IMG/VR virus record: IMGVR_UViG_2565956709_000007
Origin: a virus
Lineage: Duplodnaviria > Heunggongvirae > Uroviricota > Caudoviricetes
DNA: 46,095 nt
Reading direction: 5' to 3' (one strand)
Shown one piece after another: positions 1-11,733 of this stretch; position 1 is the first letter of the stretch; each line of letters opens with the position of its first letter. The translations under genes and the position numbers were made by a program. Below the pieces are notes generated by a model that was not told the DNA's origin, searched no databases, and was given only the letters and a program-made list of their open reading frames with translations.

Positions 1-1284
1 TTACAGACTTCTGGAAGGTTGCACAGCTCTTACAACACGCGGTTGATCTTCCGCAGCGTCTTCCAGCGCACTTAAATCACGGTCTTTCACTTCTGGCATT
101 TTCAGCGCAGAGATTAAACCAATCACTGAATATGCCATGATCATAATGGCGATCGGATACCAGGATTCCGTCATGGTGCAGAAAATACCCGCCAGGATAG
201 GACCAAAACCGGAAGCGATAAGACCACCAATTTCTTTAGAAATGGCCATCCGGGTAAAGCGGTTTTTACAGCCGAACATTTCTGCCATGGTAATGTTTTC
301 CAGAGCAAATAATCCCAGCACCGCACAGTTATGAATCACAATCAGTGCAACCATAATGGTGCTCGGGGCATAGCTTTTATCTACAATGATAGAAAGCATT
401 GGCCATGCCAGCACAATCGCGGAGGTATTCATAATAATATACGGGATCCGGCGACCAATTTTATCGGATAACCAACCAAGGAACGGAATGGTCATAAAGC
501 CGAGAATCGAACTAATCATCAATGCATCTGTTGGAATTGCTTTGTTAAACAATAACGTCTGCACTAAATAGCCTGCAAGGAAAGTCTGAATTAACCCGGA
601 GTTACCCGCCTGACCAAAACGCAGCCCTGTTGCCAGCCAGAAGGATTTGCTCTGGAACATGCTACCAGCAGGTGCAGGTTTTGCTGTGGGTTGGTTGCTG
701 TCATTAACCTTCTCAAAGACCGGGCTTTCTTTCAGATTCATACGTAACCAGATAGCAAAGACCATCACGACAACGCTCGCCAGGAACGGTATACGCCATC
801 CCCACGCCAGCAGTTCCTCTTTACTGAGAATGAAGAACATAAAGGCCCAGATTGCCGTTGCGCTCAAGGTTCCGCAGTTAGTTCCCATAGCTACAAATGA
901 GGAGATAATTCCGCGCTTACCTTTTGGTGCATATTCCGCCAGCATCGTACCGGCACCGGAAATTTCCGCACCTGCACCCAACCCCTGAATAATACGCAGC
1001 GTCACCAGCAAGATGGGGGCAAAAACACCAATCTGTGCATAGGTCGGTAACACACCAATTAAGGTGGTACAGATCCCCATCATGGTGATGGTAATAAAGA
1101 GCACTTTTTTACGCCCTATTCTGTCGCCCATTTTGCCGAAAATAAATGCTCCGACAATACGCGCCACATAACCTGCACCGTAGGTTCCCATTGCCAAAAT
1201 TAACGCCATTGCCGTTGATGATTCAGGAAAAAATATTTCATGAAACACTAACGCTGCGCCGAGCGAATATAACTGGAAATCCAT
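1..1284 (-). CDS. ydfJ: MFS metabolite:H+ symporter family transporter YdfJ (427 codons; appears to lack the N-terminal cytoplasmic tail of ProP/KgtP-type relatives, consistent with truncation by prophage insertion)
   Basis: ORF-track protein has 12-TM MFS architecture with the DWGWRIPF motif and aligns with ProP/KgtP from about their residue 30; stop codon at 1-3; in-frame stop two codons upstream of the ATG at 1284. Confidence 0.7.
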   Translation of the reverse strand: MDFQLYSLGAALVFHEIFFPESSTAMALILAMGTYGAGYVARIVGAFIFGKMGDRIGRKKVLFITITMMGICTTLIGVLPTYAQIGVFAPILLVTLRIIQGLGAGAEISGAGTMLAEYAPKGKRGIISSFVAMGTNCGTLSATAIWAFMFFILSKEELLAWGWRIPFLASVVVMVFAIWLRMNLKESPVFEKVNDSNQPTAKPAPAGSMFQSKSFWLATGLRFGQAGNSGLIQTFLAGYLVQTLLFNKAIPTDALMISSILGFMTIPFLGWLSDKIGRRIPYIIMNTSAIVLAWPMLSIIVDKSYAPSTIMVALIVIHNCAVLGLFALENITMAEMFGCKNRFTRMAISKEIGGLIASGFGPILAGIFCTMTESWYPIAIMIMAYSVIGLISALKMPEVKDRDLSALEDAAEDQPRVVRAVQPSRSL

Positions 1285-1523
1285 AATTCACAGATGTTTT
1301 TTCTCATTCTGTGGTTTCCTTGGCGCTTTCTAGGTTTTTTCAGATAGTTACATTTTTTCAAAAGCATCCTGAGTTCGATCTTACTATCTATCTGTGGCCT
1401 ATTTCTGTCCCATATATGCCCCAAAAAACACCCCAACAGATAAGCAGTCTTTTCATGGTGTTACGCGTAAAAACAATAACGGCTTGAAATTATTCAATAC
1501 ACTCTCGAAAGTGCATCAGCCAA

Positions 1524-1557
1524 CCGCAGAACGTTATTGCATACAACGTTTCTGCGG
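1524..1557. repeat. Imperfect inverted repeat (12-bp arms, 9-nt spacer, one bulge) with no adjacent T-run
   Basis: ccgcagaacgtt ... aacgtttctgcgg read directly. Confidence 0.4.
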
Positions 1558-2000
1558 CATATCACGAAACGATTACTTAATGACTGGGACTTCAGACCAC
1601 TCAATATCCGGTACAATTATGTATCAACGCAGTTTAACAACACCCTATATTTAATCCAGAGTGCGAGCAACGTTGTCCCTTTCTCTTTTGCACTCTTAAA
1701 ATATACGATTACTTAAGTGAAGATGCTTGACGAATCGCCAAATAAAACATCTTCATCAGCATAAAAATCCATATATGATTGAAAATTTAGTCATTAATAC
1801 CATTCATATCTGAATACTGACCTAATATGCTTACTAACCGTGAGAAATCTTTTTTTTCGACTTAATCACTCGAAATAAACTTTCACTCAATTGAAAACAA
1901 TTAGCTACAATTATCATTGCAATATCAAATCAAACATAACAACTTGCATAAATTCTCATGGGATACAGCATCAGTTGTGCCAAACACATAAGGAATTGAA

Positions 2001-2198
2001 ATGGACGGAGAAAGCTTTAACTTTGATGACAATGATATTGAATTTATTGCTTCAATGTATGCATCATGTAAATTATCAGGAAGTATCGCCCCCATAATGC
2101 ATATAATGGTTAGCATTCCAAAAAATAAGAAAAAACAATTCTACGAACGAGTTGAGCATTATTGTAGTTTATATTCCAATAAAAACCCACCTTCTTAA
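2001..2198 (+). CDS. Hypothetical 65-aa protein in the AT-rich left arm
   Basis: ORF with AAGGA 8 nt upstream of the ATG; no recognisable family. Confidence 0.2.
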   Translation: MDGESFNFDDNDIEFIASMYASCKLSGSIAPIMHIMVSIPKNKKKQFYERVEHYCSLYSNKNPPS

Positions 2199-2901
2199 AT
2201 TCGCTGCATTCTAGTGGATTCCATTAAGAAAACAATGACATACACTCAAACACATCTTTTTTATCAACAGTGAATTTCAGTTCGGCCAGTTTTTACCAGC
2301 TATTATAAAAATAGCATCCATATAAAGTTTTTACCCCACAGGTACAGCTGGCCATTCGATAACCGCACTAAGGAAGTGCCAACACGATATCAGCAAGACC
2401 CGATATTTCTTCCATGCCGCCAGCAACGATGTTAAGGTTAAATTAATTATAAAAAAATATATTATAACTCCATCTTCGCATTAAATTTCAACCTTTAATC
2501 TCCACACGGAACAAGTTGCATAGGTGACTATATTAGGAAAACTTATAACCACCAAAACATTTGCTTTGCAAACAAAAACAGTGACCATTGACTCTAAGAA
2601 AATTCCGATCTATTGTTAGGGTCATCAAAGTTACTTAACAGTATTCCGAAATGAAAATACAAAGCAAGCTAATTGTCTTATTAAACATTATCATTGCATT
2701 TATATTATTTGAGCTTTTAGCTCAAAAATTTGGTTTGAGTACATTATTTTAAAGCAAGATAAACAATATCGGGCACTCTAGTTTTTATAATTAACAATTA
2801 AACGTCCATAAAATGTTATTTACTTTTGTTCGCTATTGTCATATCTTAATATAGTGGCTTACGCCACTCTACTTTCATCACATTTTGTACGTTTATGTAC
2901 T

Positions 2902-2934
2902 CGCCATGAAGCTCTTTCATGGCGATTTTTTATT
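2902..2934 (+). terminator. Rho-independent terminator (10-bp GC-containing stem followed by T6)
   Basis: tcgccatgaa-gctct-ttcatggcga followed by tttttt. Confidence 0.5.
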
Positions 2935-3017
2935 CTTAATCCAAGAACATACTCCCTACCTATAGCAAAATCACTTTTTGAACAAAAGAATAACGTATTT
3001 AGGTAATCATTACGAAT

Positions 3018-3599
3018 TTACCCTATAGGTGCTACTGGCCATTCAATATCCGGTGCAGTTGTTGTATTAACACGGTTCAGCAACACCCGATACTTTTTCC
3101 AGGCTTCCAGCAACGAGTTTTCTTCCTCCGTTGCGATTTCCAGATCTACAGCATCCTGAAGTGGCGCAATATGCTCATTCGCTGCCTGCATCAGGCTGTT
3201 TTTTGTTTCTTCCGCCTCCCGGATCCGGAATAGTTTTTCTGCTTCTGCATCTTTCACCCAGGCTGTGCCGTTCCACTTCTGAAACTCCCCTTCCGGGGAT
3301 AACCAGGTGACATTTTCCGGTAATGAGCCGAGTTCAGAAATAAATAACGCGTCGCCGGAAGCCACGTCATAAACCGTTTTACCCCGATGATCTTCAACGA
3401 GATGCCACGATGACTCATCACTGTTGAAAACAGCCACGAAGCCAGCTGGAATATCTGGCGGTGCAATGTCGGTACTGTTTGCTGGCAGACCTGTATGAGG
3501 CGGAATATATGCATCACCTTCACCAATAAATTCATTAGTTCCGGACAGCAGATTATAAATTTTTATGGTCCGTGGTTGTTCACTCATTCTGAATGCCAT
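3018..3599 (-). CDS. tfa: Tail fiber assembly protein Tfa
   Basis: 193-aa product nearly identical over its length to my recollection of lambda Tfa ([18 protein letters not shown]...); start overlaps the stf stop. Confidence 0.9.
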   Translation of the reverse strand: MAFRMSEQPRTIKIYNLLSGTNEFIGEGDAYIPPHTGLPANSTDIAPPDIPAGFVAVFNSDESSWHLVEDHRGKTVYDVASGDALFISELGSLPENVTWLSPEGEFQKWNGTAWVKDAEAEKLFRIREAEETKNSLMQAANEHIAPLQDAVDLEIATEEENSLLEAWKKYRVLLNRVNTTTAPDIEWPVAPIG

Positions 3600-6500
3600 T
3601 ATGCAAGCCTCACAATATAGTTAAATGCGATGTTTTTGACGGTGTTTTCCGCGTTACCAGCAGCGTTAACGGTGATGGTGTGTCCATGTGAACCAATCGC
3701 AACCGAGTGCGTATGCGCACCAATACCGACAGTATGTGCATGTGCACCTGCAGATGCTGCTGTGCCGGACAGCGAGTGGGTATGAGCACCATCTGATGAT
3801 GTCTTCCCTGCATTACGAGTCTGGCCACTACCGCTTGTTGTGCTCATAATCCCCGCGCTTGGATTTGAAATCGCGGTATAACCATTAGGGAAAATGCTCG
3901 TGTTCGTGCCACCAAATGCACCGGAACTCTTGTGTTGGTGCGCACCGGCACTATTTGCGGTCCCGCTAATACTATGGGTATGCGCCCCGGTGTTATTCGT
4001 GGATTTAGTGCCGTAATCAAACGACGATGTGGTTTTCGTCCCCAAATCCGTACTGGATGCGCTGGCGCTGTGGGTATGCGATTTAATGCCATCCTGTTCC
4101 TGAGACAATACGGCACGACCACTGGCGGGCTTGCCCTTAATCGTCCAGCCACGCATATCAGGGATCACGCCTGACGGATAAGCCGCTGCAAGTTTCGGGT
4201 AAGCAGATTTGTCAAAAGTCTGCCCCTGCATCAGGGCATAACCAGACGGAACGGTATCTGATGGCCACGGGATTGGTGCGCCAACTGGGTAGCTTTCTGG
4301 TGGAAGATTTTTCGAGGTATAAACTTCTGCCCAGCCTTCCTCAAAACCATAGCCATCTCTTGAGGAACGGTAGAACAGACCTCCATTTCTGTAATGCGCC
4401 TTCATCTGCAGGGTCCGGCAACTTCCGACTCCGGTATAGAAGTTAACCAGAATATAGGTGTCGCCAGAGCGGGTGACATTGTAAGCGCCTGATTCGGCAT
4501 TCCAGGGAACGCCACCATCCGCATCGGCATATGTATCCGTTGCCCTTCTGGCAAAAGCAGCCACATGCGCGGCGGTTAAAGTGATATCAGTAGAACCATC
4601 AAATGGAACACCGGATATTTTTCTTGCAGTCTGAAGTTTTGTAGCAGTTGCAGCATTACCAGTGGTGTTCTGATTACCCGTAGTGTTTACACCTGGAAGG
4701 TTAATATTTGCAGAACCGTCGAAAACAACTCCACCGATAGATCTTGCCGTCTGCAATTTCGTGGCTGTACTTGCATTACCATTCAATGAACCAGTTAATC
4801 CACCTGTAACAGACAACGGACCTGAAACTGTTCCTCCGGTTGTTGGCAGTGCTCCAATATCTGATGGTGTAGGTTTCTGATGTGAGCTATACATCGTATA
4901 AACAACACCATAGGTAACGCTGGAAGGCTTACTCGCTGAATATGTTGGCGAGGTATAAACAGAAACTGACGCATTTGCAGTACAATCCCAATGGATATTT
5001 ACACTCGTCGCATAATTGCCAATCTCAACGTAAATATCATATGTATCGCCGGATGTGTTGATCCAGGCGAAATTCGTTAATCCGACGGCTGTACGCTTCC
5101 ACAAAGCCCCGGTAATTCCTTTGGGGTTTCCATTGCCTGCTCGTAGAACCAGTTCTGAAATGCCTGCCTGATGTGGGGAACCGACGTTGTAACCAGCGCC
5201 ACCAATCAATGCGATGTAAACGATGGAACTCGCTTGTGGCATGGTAACCGTAGCCAGTTTGAACCACCCAGCCCCGCCAGAGAAAGACATCGTTACTGAA
5301 TTTAAAGTACCAATATCTTTCGGCGTTAATGTTATATCCGCAGTCAATGCTTTTCCGTTAACTTTTCGGTTAGATGGCACCCTGCTATTCGCATTGTCAT
5401 TGGCTGCTTTAACTGCTTTTGGCGTTGCGGCCAGCGATTCACTGGTGCTATCAACAGCACTGCTAAGTTTCACAACACCTTTAGTTGTAAGGCTTGCGTC
5501 TTCCATCGCAACTGCACCGGCAATCTCTTCAGCACGATCAGCAGCAGCTTCCGCACGGGTCGCAGCGGATTCAGCAGCAGTTTTGCTCTGAGATGCTGCC
5601 GTCGCACTGCCTGCCGCCTCTGTTGCCTTCGTGGATGCCGTCGTGGCGCTGCTCTTCGCTGCTGACGCCTGTCTGGTCGCCTCATCTTTTGAAGCAGACG
5701 CAGATGATGCCGATGACGCCGCCGAACTGGCGGACGATGCGGCAGCCGTTTTTGAGGATTCTGCACTGGTTTCCGACGCTTTCGCGTTCGTTTCGGATGT
5801 CTTCGCTGCGGAAGCAGACCTCGCTGCTGCGCTGGCCTGTTCAGTGGCTTCGCCAGCCTTCGTTGTGGCTGTTGAAGCAGACGATGCGGCGCTTTCTGCC
5901 GATTTTCCGGCGGCGGTGGCACTGGCTGAGGCCTGCCCGGCACTTGTTGACGCTGCACTGGCAGACGACGCAGCCGCTGTTTTTGAGCCTGCCGCAGCTG
6001 AGGCACTCTGTTCCGCTGCCGTTTCAGAAGACCTGGCGTTTGTCTCAGACGTTTTTGCCGCCTTCGCAGAATTTGCTGCCGCCGTTGCCGAGGAAGCTGC
6101 GCTGCTGGCGCTCGAGGCTGCGCTCGTTTCTGATGATTTCGCTGCCTCTTTTGAGGCCGCCGCATCCCGGGCTGAGGTGGCAGCTTCTGACGCCTTCGTG
6201 GTCGCGGCGGATGCAGAAGTGGCTGCTGATTGTTGTGACGCTGCCGCATTCGTTTCTGACGTTTTCGCCGCAGCGGCACTGGTAGCTGCCGCGCTTTTTG
6301 AGGACTCTGCAGCAGCAGCACTTTTCGATGCTTCACTGGCCTTTGTTGATGCCGTTCCTGCGCTGGAAGATGCTGACTGAGCCGACGACGCGGCCTGTCC
6401 GGCTGACGTGCTGGCTGCGCGTGCTGAGCCTGCAGCATCAGTCGCATGGGTTGCCGCCTCACGGGCTGATGTGCCGGCATCGCTGGCTGACTTCTTCGCG

Positions 6501-6877
6501 GCTGCCGTGTTCTGTGCCACCGCGGACGCGTTACGCGCCACCTCTTCCACCATCAGTTCAAAACGGCGCAGTGCCTCAGGACGGGCATCATCCTCCGTCA
6601 TGGCACCGAGAAAATTATTCAGCGTACCGGGTCGAGAATCTTCATACACGGTGATGGTCCCGGCATGTGACGGCGGGAATCCCTCCACCAACAGAATAAC
6701 GCTGTACTGCCCGTACTCAACGTCCATGCTGTAACGCCCGGCTTCATCCGGATTTTCTGAGGCAAGCGTGTTCACCACCACCGTGTTGCTGTTACGTTTT
6801 GCTTTCAGCTGGATTGTGCAGTTCTGTACCGGTTTTCCTGTGCCGTCTTTCAGTACACCTGAAATCTTTACTGCCAT
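3599..6877 (-). CDS. stf: Side tail fiber protein Stf, with a long Ala/Ser/Thr-rich repeat region and His-rich C-terminal repeats
   Basis: N-terminus [20 protein letters not shown]... and C-terminus ...[31 protein letters not shown] match lambda Stf; track ORF starts two codons earlier (6883). Confidence 0.85.
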   Translation of the reverse strand: MAVKISGVLKDGTGKPVQNCTIQLKAKRNSNTVVVNTLASENPDEAGRYSMDVEYGQYSVILLVEGFPPSHAGTITVYEDSRPGTLNNFLGAMTEDDARPEALRRFELMVEEVARNASAVAQNTAAAKKSASDAGTSAREAATHATDAAGSARAASTSAGQAASSAQSASSSAGTASTKASEASKSAAAAESSKSAAATSAAAAKTSETNAAASQQSAATSASAATTKASEAATSARDAAASKEAAKSSETSAASSASSAASSATAAANSAKAAKTSETNARSSETAAEQSASAAAGSKTAAASSASAASTSAGQASASATAAGKSAESAASSASTATTKAGEATEQASAAARSASAAKTSETNAKASETSAESSKTAAASSASSAASSASSASASKDEATRQASAAKSSATTASTKATEAAGSATAASQSKTAAESAATRAEAAADRAEEIAGAVAMEDASLTTKGVVKLSSAVDSTSESLAATPKAVKAANDNANSRVPSNRKVNGKALTADITLTPKDIGTLNSVTMSFSGGAGWFKLATVTMPQASSIVYIALIGGAGYNVGSPHQAGISELVLRAGNGNPKGITGALWKRTAVGLTNFAWINTSGDTYDIYVEIGNYATSVNIHWDCTANASVSVYTSPTYSASKPSSVTYGVVYTMYSSHQKPTPSDIGALPTTGGTVSGPLSVTGGLTGSLNGNASTATKLQTARSIGGVVFDGSANINLPGVNTTGNQNTTGNAATATKLQTARKISGVPFDGSTDITLTAAHVAAFARRATDTYADADGGVPWNAESGAYNVTRSGDTYILVNFYTGVGSCRTLQMKAHYRNGGLFYRSSRDGYGFEEGWAEVYTSKNLPPESYPVGAPIPWPSDTVPSGYALMQGQTFDKSAYPKLAAAYPSGVIPDMRGWTIKGKPASGRAVLSQEQDGIKSHTHSASASSTDLGTKTTSSFDYGTKSTNNTGAHTHSISGTANSAGAHQHKSSGAFGGTNTSIFPNGYTAISNPSAGIMSTTSGSGQTRNAGKTSSDGAHTHSLSGTAASAGAHAHTVGIGAHTHSVAIGSHGHTITVNAAGNAENTVKNIAFNYIVRLA

Positions 6878-6885
6878 ATTCACCC

Positions 6886-6915
6886 CACAAAAAAGCCCGC
6901 CTGAACCGGCGGGCT
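6886..6915 (-). terminator. Rho-independent terminator downstream of lom
   Basis: agcccgcc-tgaacc-ggcgggct hairpin with an A6 run on the plus strand (U-run on the minus transcript). Confidence 0.5.
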
Positions 6916-6941
6916 GTCATAACACTGTGTTACCTGGCTAA

Positions 6942-7541
6942 TCAGAATTTATAACCGACACCCACGATGAAACCGTCAGTGCGCCAGTCACCACTGCCGG
7001 AGCCTTCATAAGCAATATCAATGGCCACGGATTCGGTCGGGTTAAACTGCACGCCAGCCCCCCACGCCAGAGACGTGTTGCTGTGGCGACCGTCATCACT
7101 TCCGGTCAGCACATCGTGCTTTTTCCCCTTGTTGTCAGTTACGCGGAGATAATCCCCGGAGAAAGTCGACACACGGCTGTAAGCCACACCCGCCATCGCA
7201 TACGCGCTGAACCATTCATTCACGCGCACAGACGGCCCCGCCATTACGCTGAACCAGCGGTTACGAACGGAATCTTCATGCCAGCGGGTATCGCTGTAAC
7301 GGGTCAGCTGGCGATTCTTGTCTCCTGCATAGCTGAACGACGTCTCCAGCCCCAGTGTGTCCGTAAACTCATAACGGTATTTCACGTTAATCCCGTTCAG
7401 ATCATCACTGCCGGGAACGTTCGTCGAGGCATGAAGATACCCCGCGCTCAGCGTGGACTGATGTTCAGACGCCCATGCAGGCGCACCGGATACGGCCAGA
7501 CAAATGGCTGCGGACAAAATTGCTGCACAAACTTTACGCAT
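6942..7541 (-). CDS. lom: Outer membrane protein Lom (Ail/Lom family)
   Basis: 199-aa product with signal peptide and C-terminus ...AYEGSGSGDWRTDGFIVGVGYKF as in lambda Lom. Confidence 0.9.
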   Translation of the reverse strand: MRKVCAAILSAAICLAVSGAPAWASEHQSTLSAGYLHASTNVPGSDDLNGINVKYRYEFTDTLGLETSFSYAGDKNRQLTRYSDTRWHEDSVRNRWFSVMAGPSVRVNEWFSAYAMAGVAYSRVSTFSGDYLRVTDNKGKKHDVLTGSDDGRHSNTSLAWGAGVQFNPTESVAIDIAYEGSGSGDWRTDGFIVGVGYKF

Positions 7542-7564
7542 AATTACCTCTCGCTTTTCTGCAA

Positions 7565-7595
7565 TAAAAAAGGCGTCATTCCTGACGCCCTTTAT
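7565..7595 (-). terminator. Hairpin terminator between J and lom (T/A runs on both sides, could act bidirectionally)
   Basis: ggcgtca-ttcc-tgacgcc flanked by aaaaaa and ctttatt. Confidence 0.45.
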
Positions 7596-7611
7596 TGGGG
7601 TTATAAATATT

Positions 7612-10600
7612 TCAACGAATACTGATGCCGGAAGCGGCTTTTTTGGTCACAATCACCGTACAGTCGGTGATATTGCCTGCCCCCTGATTGCCTTTCTGGA
7701 AAATCTTAAACTCCAGAGTGACGCTTCCCCTGCCACTCGGCATATCAATAACTGCACTGTAACTACCGGGAATGGCCCCTTTAGTTTCTCTGGATGCGAT
7801 TAATACGCCGTTTTTGCGAACTTCAAAACCATAACCCGTGTATCTTGTACCTCCCGGGTTATTACCACTTCCCGGATCGCTATACGCTATTCCGTTAAAG
7901 ATAATGGGCGGAATAATGATTTGACGGTCAAAGTTATGATCATCGCTGATGGTGACTGTAACCGTCCCGTTTGGTGTTTCCGTATTACCCCACGTACCAG
8001 CCTGTTTCGGGAATGATTTGGATACAGCTTTAACGAAGTCACCTCTGACCTGAGTCGCCTCCAGCATGCCCTTAATCGTACAGTTTTCATTTACCGTGAC
8101 ATTGTTGAGCGTCCCGGCGTTCGCATTCACACTGCCACTGATATCCGCATTTTTAGCGGTCAGCTTTCCGTCCGGTGTCAGGGAAAATGCCGGCGGATTT
8201 CCACCGCTGGTAATGGTGGGGGCCGTCAGGCGCTTCAGGAACACGTCGTTCATGAATATCTGATTGCCCTGCGCCACAAACATCGGCGTTTCATTCCCGT
8301 TTGCCGGGTCAATAAACGCGATACGGTTAGCGGCAACCAGAAACTGACTCAGTTTGCCTTCCTCCGTGTCCTCCATACTGAGGCCAATACCCGCGACATA
8401 ATGTTTGCCGTCTTTGGTCTGCTCAATTTTGACAGCCCACATGGCATTCCATTTATCGTTGGCATCCTTCCACTCTTTCGAAAACTCATCCAGTCTGCTG
8501 GCGTTATCCTCCGTCAGATCGACTTTTTCCAGCAGCTCTTTACCGAGATGGGATTCGGTTATCTTGCCTTTGAAAAAATCCAGGTAACCTTCCGCATCAT
8601 CGCTCGCCCGACCGACGGCCTCCACGAATGCCGATTTGCCAACAGTGTTCACACTGCGGATATAAAAGTAATAATCATGGCCCGGCTTAATATTGATACT
8701 GGCGGCTATCCAGTACAGCGCCGTGCCAAGATAGCGGGCTGTGGTTTCAACCTGCCTGATATCAGCAATCCGCTTTTCCGAGAACCAGAACTCAAACTGT
8801 ACCGTCGGATCATAAACCGCAAGATGCGGCGTGGCGGTTATCTGAAAATAGCCCGGTGTCAGCTCAATCCGAGACGGCGCTGCCGGTGCGGCAATCCGGA
8901 ACGATACCGATGCCGGATCGCCCTGCTGTCCCCACGCATTTACCGCCCGGACTGTCAGCCTGTAGTTCCCCAGCGCCAGTTGCGTGAAGCGGTATGTGGT
9001 TTCCGTCGTCCGGGCCGTGCTGACCAGCCGCTCACTGCCGTCGTCCGCTGTTACGGTCAGACGGAGCAGGAAGCTCACCCCCTTCACCACCTTCGGCGTG
9101 TCCCAGCGCGCCAGCACCTGATATTCCCCGCTGTCTGCGGTGACTTCGGCAGTCAGGTGCTGCACCGCTGGCGGCGTGACACCATTAACCGTGCCGCTCT
9201 GGTCGCCGTCAAAGTGCGCCCCGTTATCCACGATGGCCTCTTTTTCCGGTACATGCTGCACGGCGGTGATGGCATACGTGCCGTCATCGTTCTCACGGAT
9301 ACTCACGCAGCGGAACAGGCGCTGGCGCAGCGTCGGCAGCTTCAGCCCCCATACGCTGTATCCGGCAACGCCGTCAGGAACACGGCTCACTTTCACCTTC
9401 ACGCCGTCGGTGACGGACTGGACCTCCACGCTGACCGGACTCCCCTGCCCGTCAACCAGGCTTATCAGCGTGGTACCGGAAGATGGCAGCGTGATTTCAC
9501 GGTCGAGCGTCAGCGTCCGGGTCTGGCTGTTCACCGCCAGCACGCGCCCGCCGGTGCTGATACCGGCATAGTCATCATCGCAGATTTCAATGACATCGCC
9601 CGGTACATGGCGAAGCCCTTCGGCACCCACGCTGAAGTCCACGGTCTGCGTCTCCAGCAGCTCCGTTTTAATCAGCCACAGCCCGGCGCGGTGTGCCTGC
9701 CCCCGGCTGGTACAGCCAAAGGCATCCATCTTCGTGACGTTACGACCGTAACGGAGAATGGCCTGCGTGTCCTCCACAAGCTCTGTCGCCGTCTCCCAGC
9801 CGTTATCCGGGTCAATCCAGTTCACCTCAACGGCATTATGGCGGTCTTTCAGGGCGCTGAAACTGTAGCGGAACGGCGCGCCATCATCCGGCATCACCAC
9901 ATTACTGCGGTTATAGGTCCACACCTTATCCGACGGTCGGTCCTGCACGAACGTCAGCGTCTGCCCGTTCCATACCGGCATACAGCGCATCGCCGAGCAG
10001 AAATCGCTGAGCACATCCCACGCCTTACGCTGTGTGGTCAGCCAGGCATTACAGGTGATGCGCGGCTCCGTGCCGCCAAAGCCGTCCGGCACTGACTGGT
10101 CGCAGTACTGGCCGATAAGATACAGCGCCCATTTATCCACATCCGCCGCACCAAGACGTTTTCCCATGCCGTAGCGCGGATGGGTCAGCATATCCCACAG
10201 ACACCAGGCCATGTTGTTGCTGTATGCTGGCTTAAACGTTCCGTCCCAGATACCGCTGTATTGCCGCGTCTGCGGGTTATAGTTCGACGGCACCTGCAGA
10301 ATGCGCCCGCGCAGATGATAATTACGGCTCACCTGCTGGCTGCCGAACTGCTCCGAATCCACCTGCACGCCGACCAGTGCCGTGTTCGGGTAGCACTGTT
10401 TCACATCGATGATTTCGGTGTATGACGACCAGAGCGTTTTGTTCTGCAGCTGGTCTGTGGTGCTGTCCGGCGTCATCCTGCGCATCCGGATGTTGAACGG
10501 GCGCGGCGGCAGATTATCCACCACTACCGAGGCCAGATACTGCGAGGTGGTTTTGCCCTTAATGGTGATGTCTTTTTCCGTCACCCAGCCACCGTTACGT

Positions 10601-11025
10601 TGTATCTGAACCAGCAGGCGAACTTCCGACGGATTCCGGTCCCCCTTTGAGGTGGTTTCCACCAGTGCCTGCACACCGAAGGTAAAGCGCAGACGGTCAA
10701 TGTTTGCCGACGTGATGGTCCGGGTGATCGGCGTGTCGTATTTCACTTCCGTACCCAGTACCGTCTCGGAGCCGGAGGATTCAAATCCCTCCGGCGGTGT
10801 CTGTTCCTGCTCACCTGCCCGGAACACCACCGTGACACCGGAGATGTTAGTATTCCTCTCACTGTCCAGCACCGGTGTACTGTTCAGCAGCACGCTTTTT
10901 AATCCATCCACCGGACCTTCAACCGGCCCTTCGCTGATGGCATCGATCACACTCAGCAACTGCGTGGACTTCAGGTTGTCCTTCGCTTCGCGCGGGGTAT
11001 GCCCCTTACTGCTGCCTTTACCCAT
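7612..11025 (-). CDS. J: Tail tip / host specificity protein J
   Basis: 1137-aa product; N-terminal about 980 aa match my recollection of lambda J ([34 protein letters not shown]...); C-terminal region appears divergent. Confidence 0.9.
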   Translation of the reverse strand: MGKGSSKGHTPREAKDNLKSTQLLSVIDAISEGPVEGPVDGLKSVLLNSTPVLDSERNTNISGVTVVFRAGEQEQTPPEGFESSGSETVLGTEVKYDTPITRTITSANIDRLRFTFGVQALVETTSKGDRNPSEVRLLVQIQRNGGWVTEKDITIKGKTTSQYLASVVVDNLPPRPFNIRMRRMTPDSTTDQLQNKTLWSSYTEIIDVKQCYPNTALVGVQVDSEQFGSQQVSRNYHLRGRILQVPSNYNPQTRQYSGIWDGTFKPAYSNNMAWCLWDMLTHPRYGMGKRLGAADVDKWALYLIGQYCDQSVPDGFGGTEPRITCNAWLTTQRKAWDVLSDFCSAMRCMPVWNGQTLTFVQDRPSDKVWTYNRSNVVMPDDGAPFRYSFSALKDRHNAVEVNWIDPDNGWETATELVEDTQAILRYGRNVTKMDAFGCTSRGQAHRAGLWLIKTELLETQTVDFSVGAEGLRHVPGDVIEICDDDYAGISTGGRVLAVNSQTRTLTLDREITLPSSGTTLISLVDGQGSPVSVEVQSVTDGVKVKVSRVPDGVAGYSVWGLKLPTLRQRLFRCVSIRENDDGTYAITAVQHVPEKEAIVDNGAHFDGDQSGTVNGVTPPAVQHLTAEVTADSGEYQVLARWDTPKVVKGVSFLLRLTVTADDGSERLVSTARTTETTYRFTQLALGNYRLTVRAVNAWGQQGDPASVSFRIAAPAAPSRIELTPGYFQITATPHLAVYDPTVQFEFWFSEKRIADIRQVETTARYLGTALYWIAASINIKPGHDYYFYIRSVNTVGKSAFVEAVGRASDDAEGYLDFFKGKITESHLGKELLEKVDLTEDNASRLDEFSKEWKDANDKWNAMWAVKIEQTKDGKHYVAGIGLSMEDTEEGKLSQFLVAANRIAFIDPANGNETPMFVAQGNQIFMNDVFLKRLTAPTITSGGNPPAFSLTPDGKLTAKNADISGSVNANAGTLNNVTVNENCTIKGMLEATQVRGDFVKAVSKSFPKQAGTWGNTETPNGTVTVTISDDHNFDRQIIIPPIIFNGIAYSDPGSGNNPGGTRYTGYGFEVRKNGVLIASRETKGAIPGSYSAVIDMPSGRGSVTLEFKIFQKGNQGAGNITDCTVIVTKKAASGISIR

Positions 11026-11044
11026 TCGTCACGCTCCATAAACG

Positions 11045-11066
11045 ACAAAACCGCCCGGAGGCGGTT
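11045..11066 (-). terminator. Terminator-like hairpin between I and J
   Basis: aaccgcc-cgga-ggcggtt preceded by an A-run on the plus strand. Confidence 0.35.
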
Positions 11067-11085
11067 TCACATAAAACATTTTGCA

Positions 11086-11733
11086 TCAGCGACCAATCAC
11101 CACAACCTGCCCACCATCCCCTTCGTCTGCCGTGCTGATTTCCTGAGAAACCACGCGTGACCCCACGCGCATTTCACCGTACAGAACCGGCAGAACATTG
11201 CCCTGGGCAACCATGTTATCCAGTGAGGAGAAATAGGTGTTCTGTTTGCCGTTATCTGTACTGGCTGCCGTGGGCGTCCTGGCTTTCGGTGCCAGCATCT
11301 GCGCCACTCCGCCCAGGATCATACTGGCCCCTGCCGCATACATGCCCGATACAGCCGCGGCCCCCAGCCAGCCCACAGGGTTCCACCATGCCACCGCAAT
11401 CAGCGCCGCCCCAAGCACCACCTGAAACACACCGCCACTTTTAGCTCCCGCCAGACGCGGCACGATGTGGATCACGGCACCATTTGCCAGCGGCTCATTA
11501 AGACGGGCAGATAATTCATTTTCGCCTGCATCACGCCCGGCAATGCGCACCTGATACCAGCCCTCATTCAGTTTCTGACGAAACACCGGGAGCTGTGTGG
11601 CCAGTGCCCGGATGGCTTCAGCCCCCGTTTTCACACGAAGGTCGATACGGCGACCAAATCGTTGCAAATCCCCGTAAAGGCAGATGCGTGCCATGCCCGG
11701 TGACGCCAGAGGGAGTGTGTGCGTCGCTGCCAT
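11086..11733 (-). CDS. I: Tail assembly protein I
   Basis: N-terminus MAATHTLPLASPGMARICLYGDLQRFGRRIDLRVKTGAEAIRALATQLP and C-terminus match lambda I. Confidence 0.85.
   Translation of the reverse strand: MAATHTLPLASPGMARICLYGDLQRFGRRIDLRVKTGAEAIRALATQLPVFRQKLNEGWYQVRIAGRDAGENELSARLNEPLANGAVIHIVPRLAGAKSGGVFQVVLGAALIAVAWWNPVGWLGAAAVSGMYAAGASMILGGVAQMLAPKARTPTAASTDNGKQNTYFSSLDNMVAQGNVLPVLYGEMRVGSRVVSQEISTADEGDGGQVVVIGR

Noticed and set aside
137-988. Plus-strand ORFs inside ydfJ (137-334, 386-571, 647-988)
   Set aside because: Antisense to a convincing MFS transporter gene; no independent support.
1394-1654. 86-aa plus-strand ORF in the left arm
   Set aside because: No RBS and no protein-like features; overlaps the strong inverted repeat.
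5223-6734. Several long ORFs on both strands (e.g. 5470-6480 minus, 5494-6285 plus, 5631-6380 plus) with Arg/Pro/Gln-rich or Ala/Asp-rich products
   Set aside because: They overlap the Ala/Ser/Thr-rich repeat region of the tail fiber gene in alternative frames; they are compositional artifacts of that GC-rich repeat, not genes.
8401-10095. 564-aa plus-strand ORF antisense to J
   Set aside because: Arg-rich low-complexity product with no RBS, lying entirely inside the well-supported J gene; typical antisense ORF in GC-rich coding DNA.
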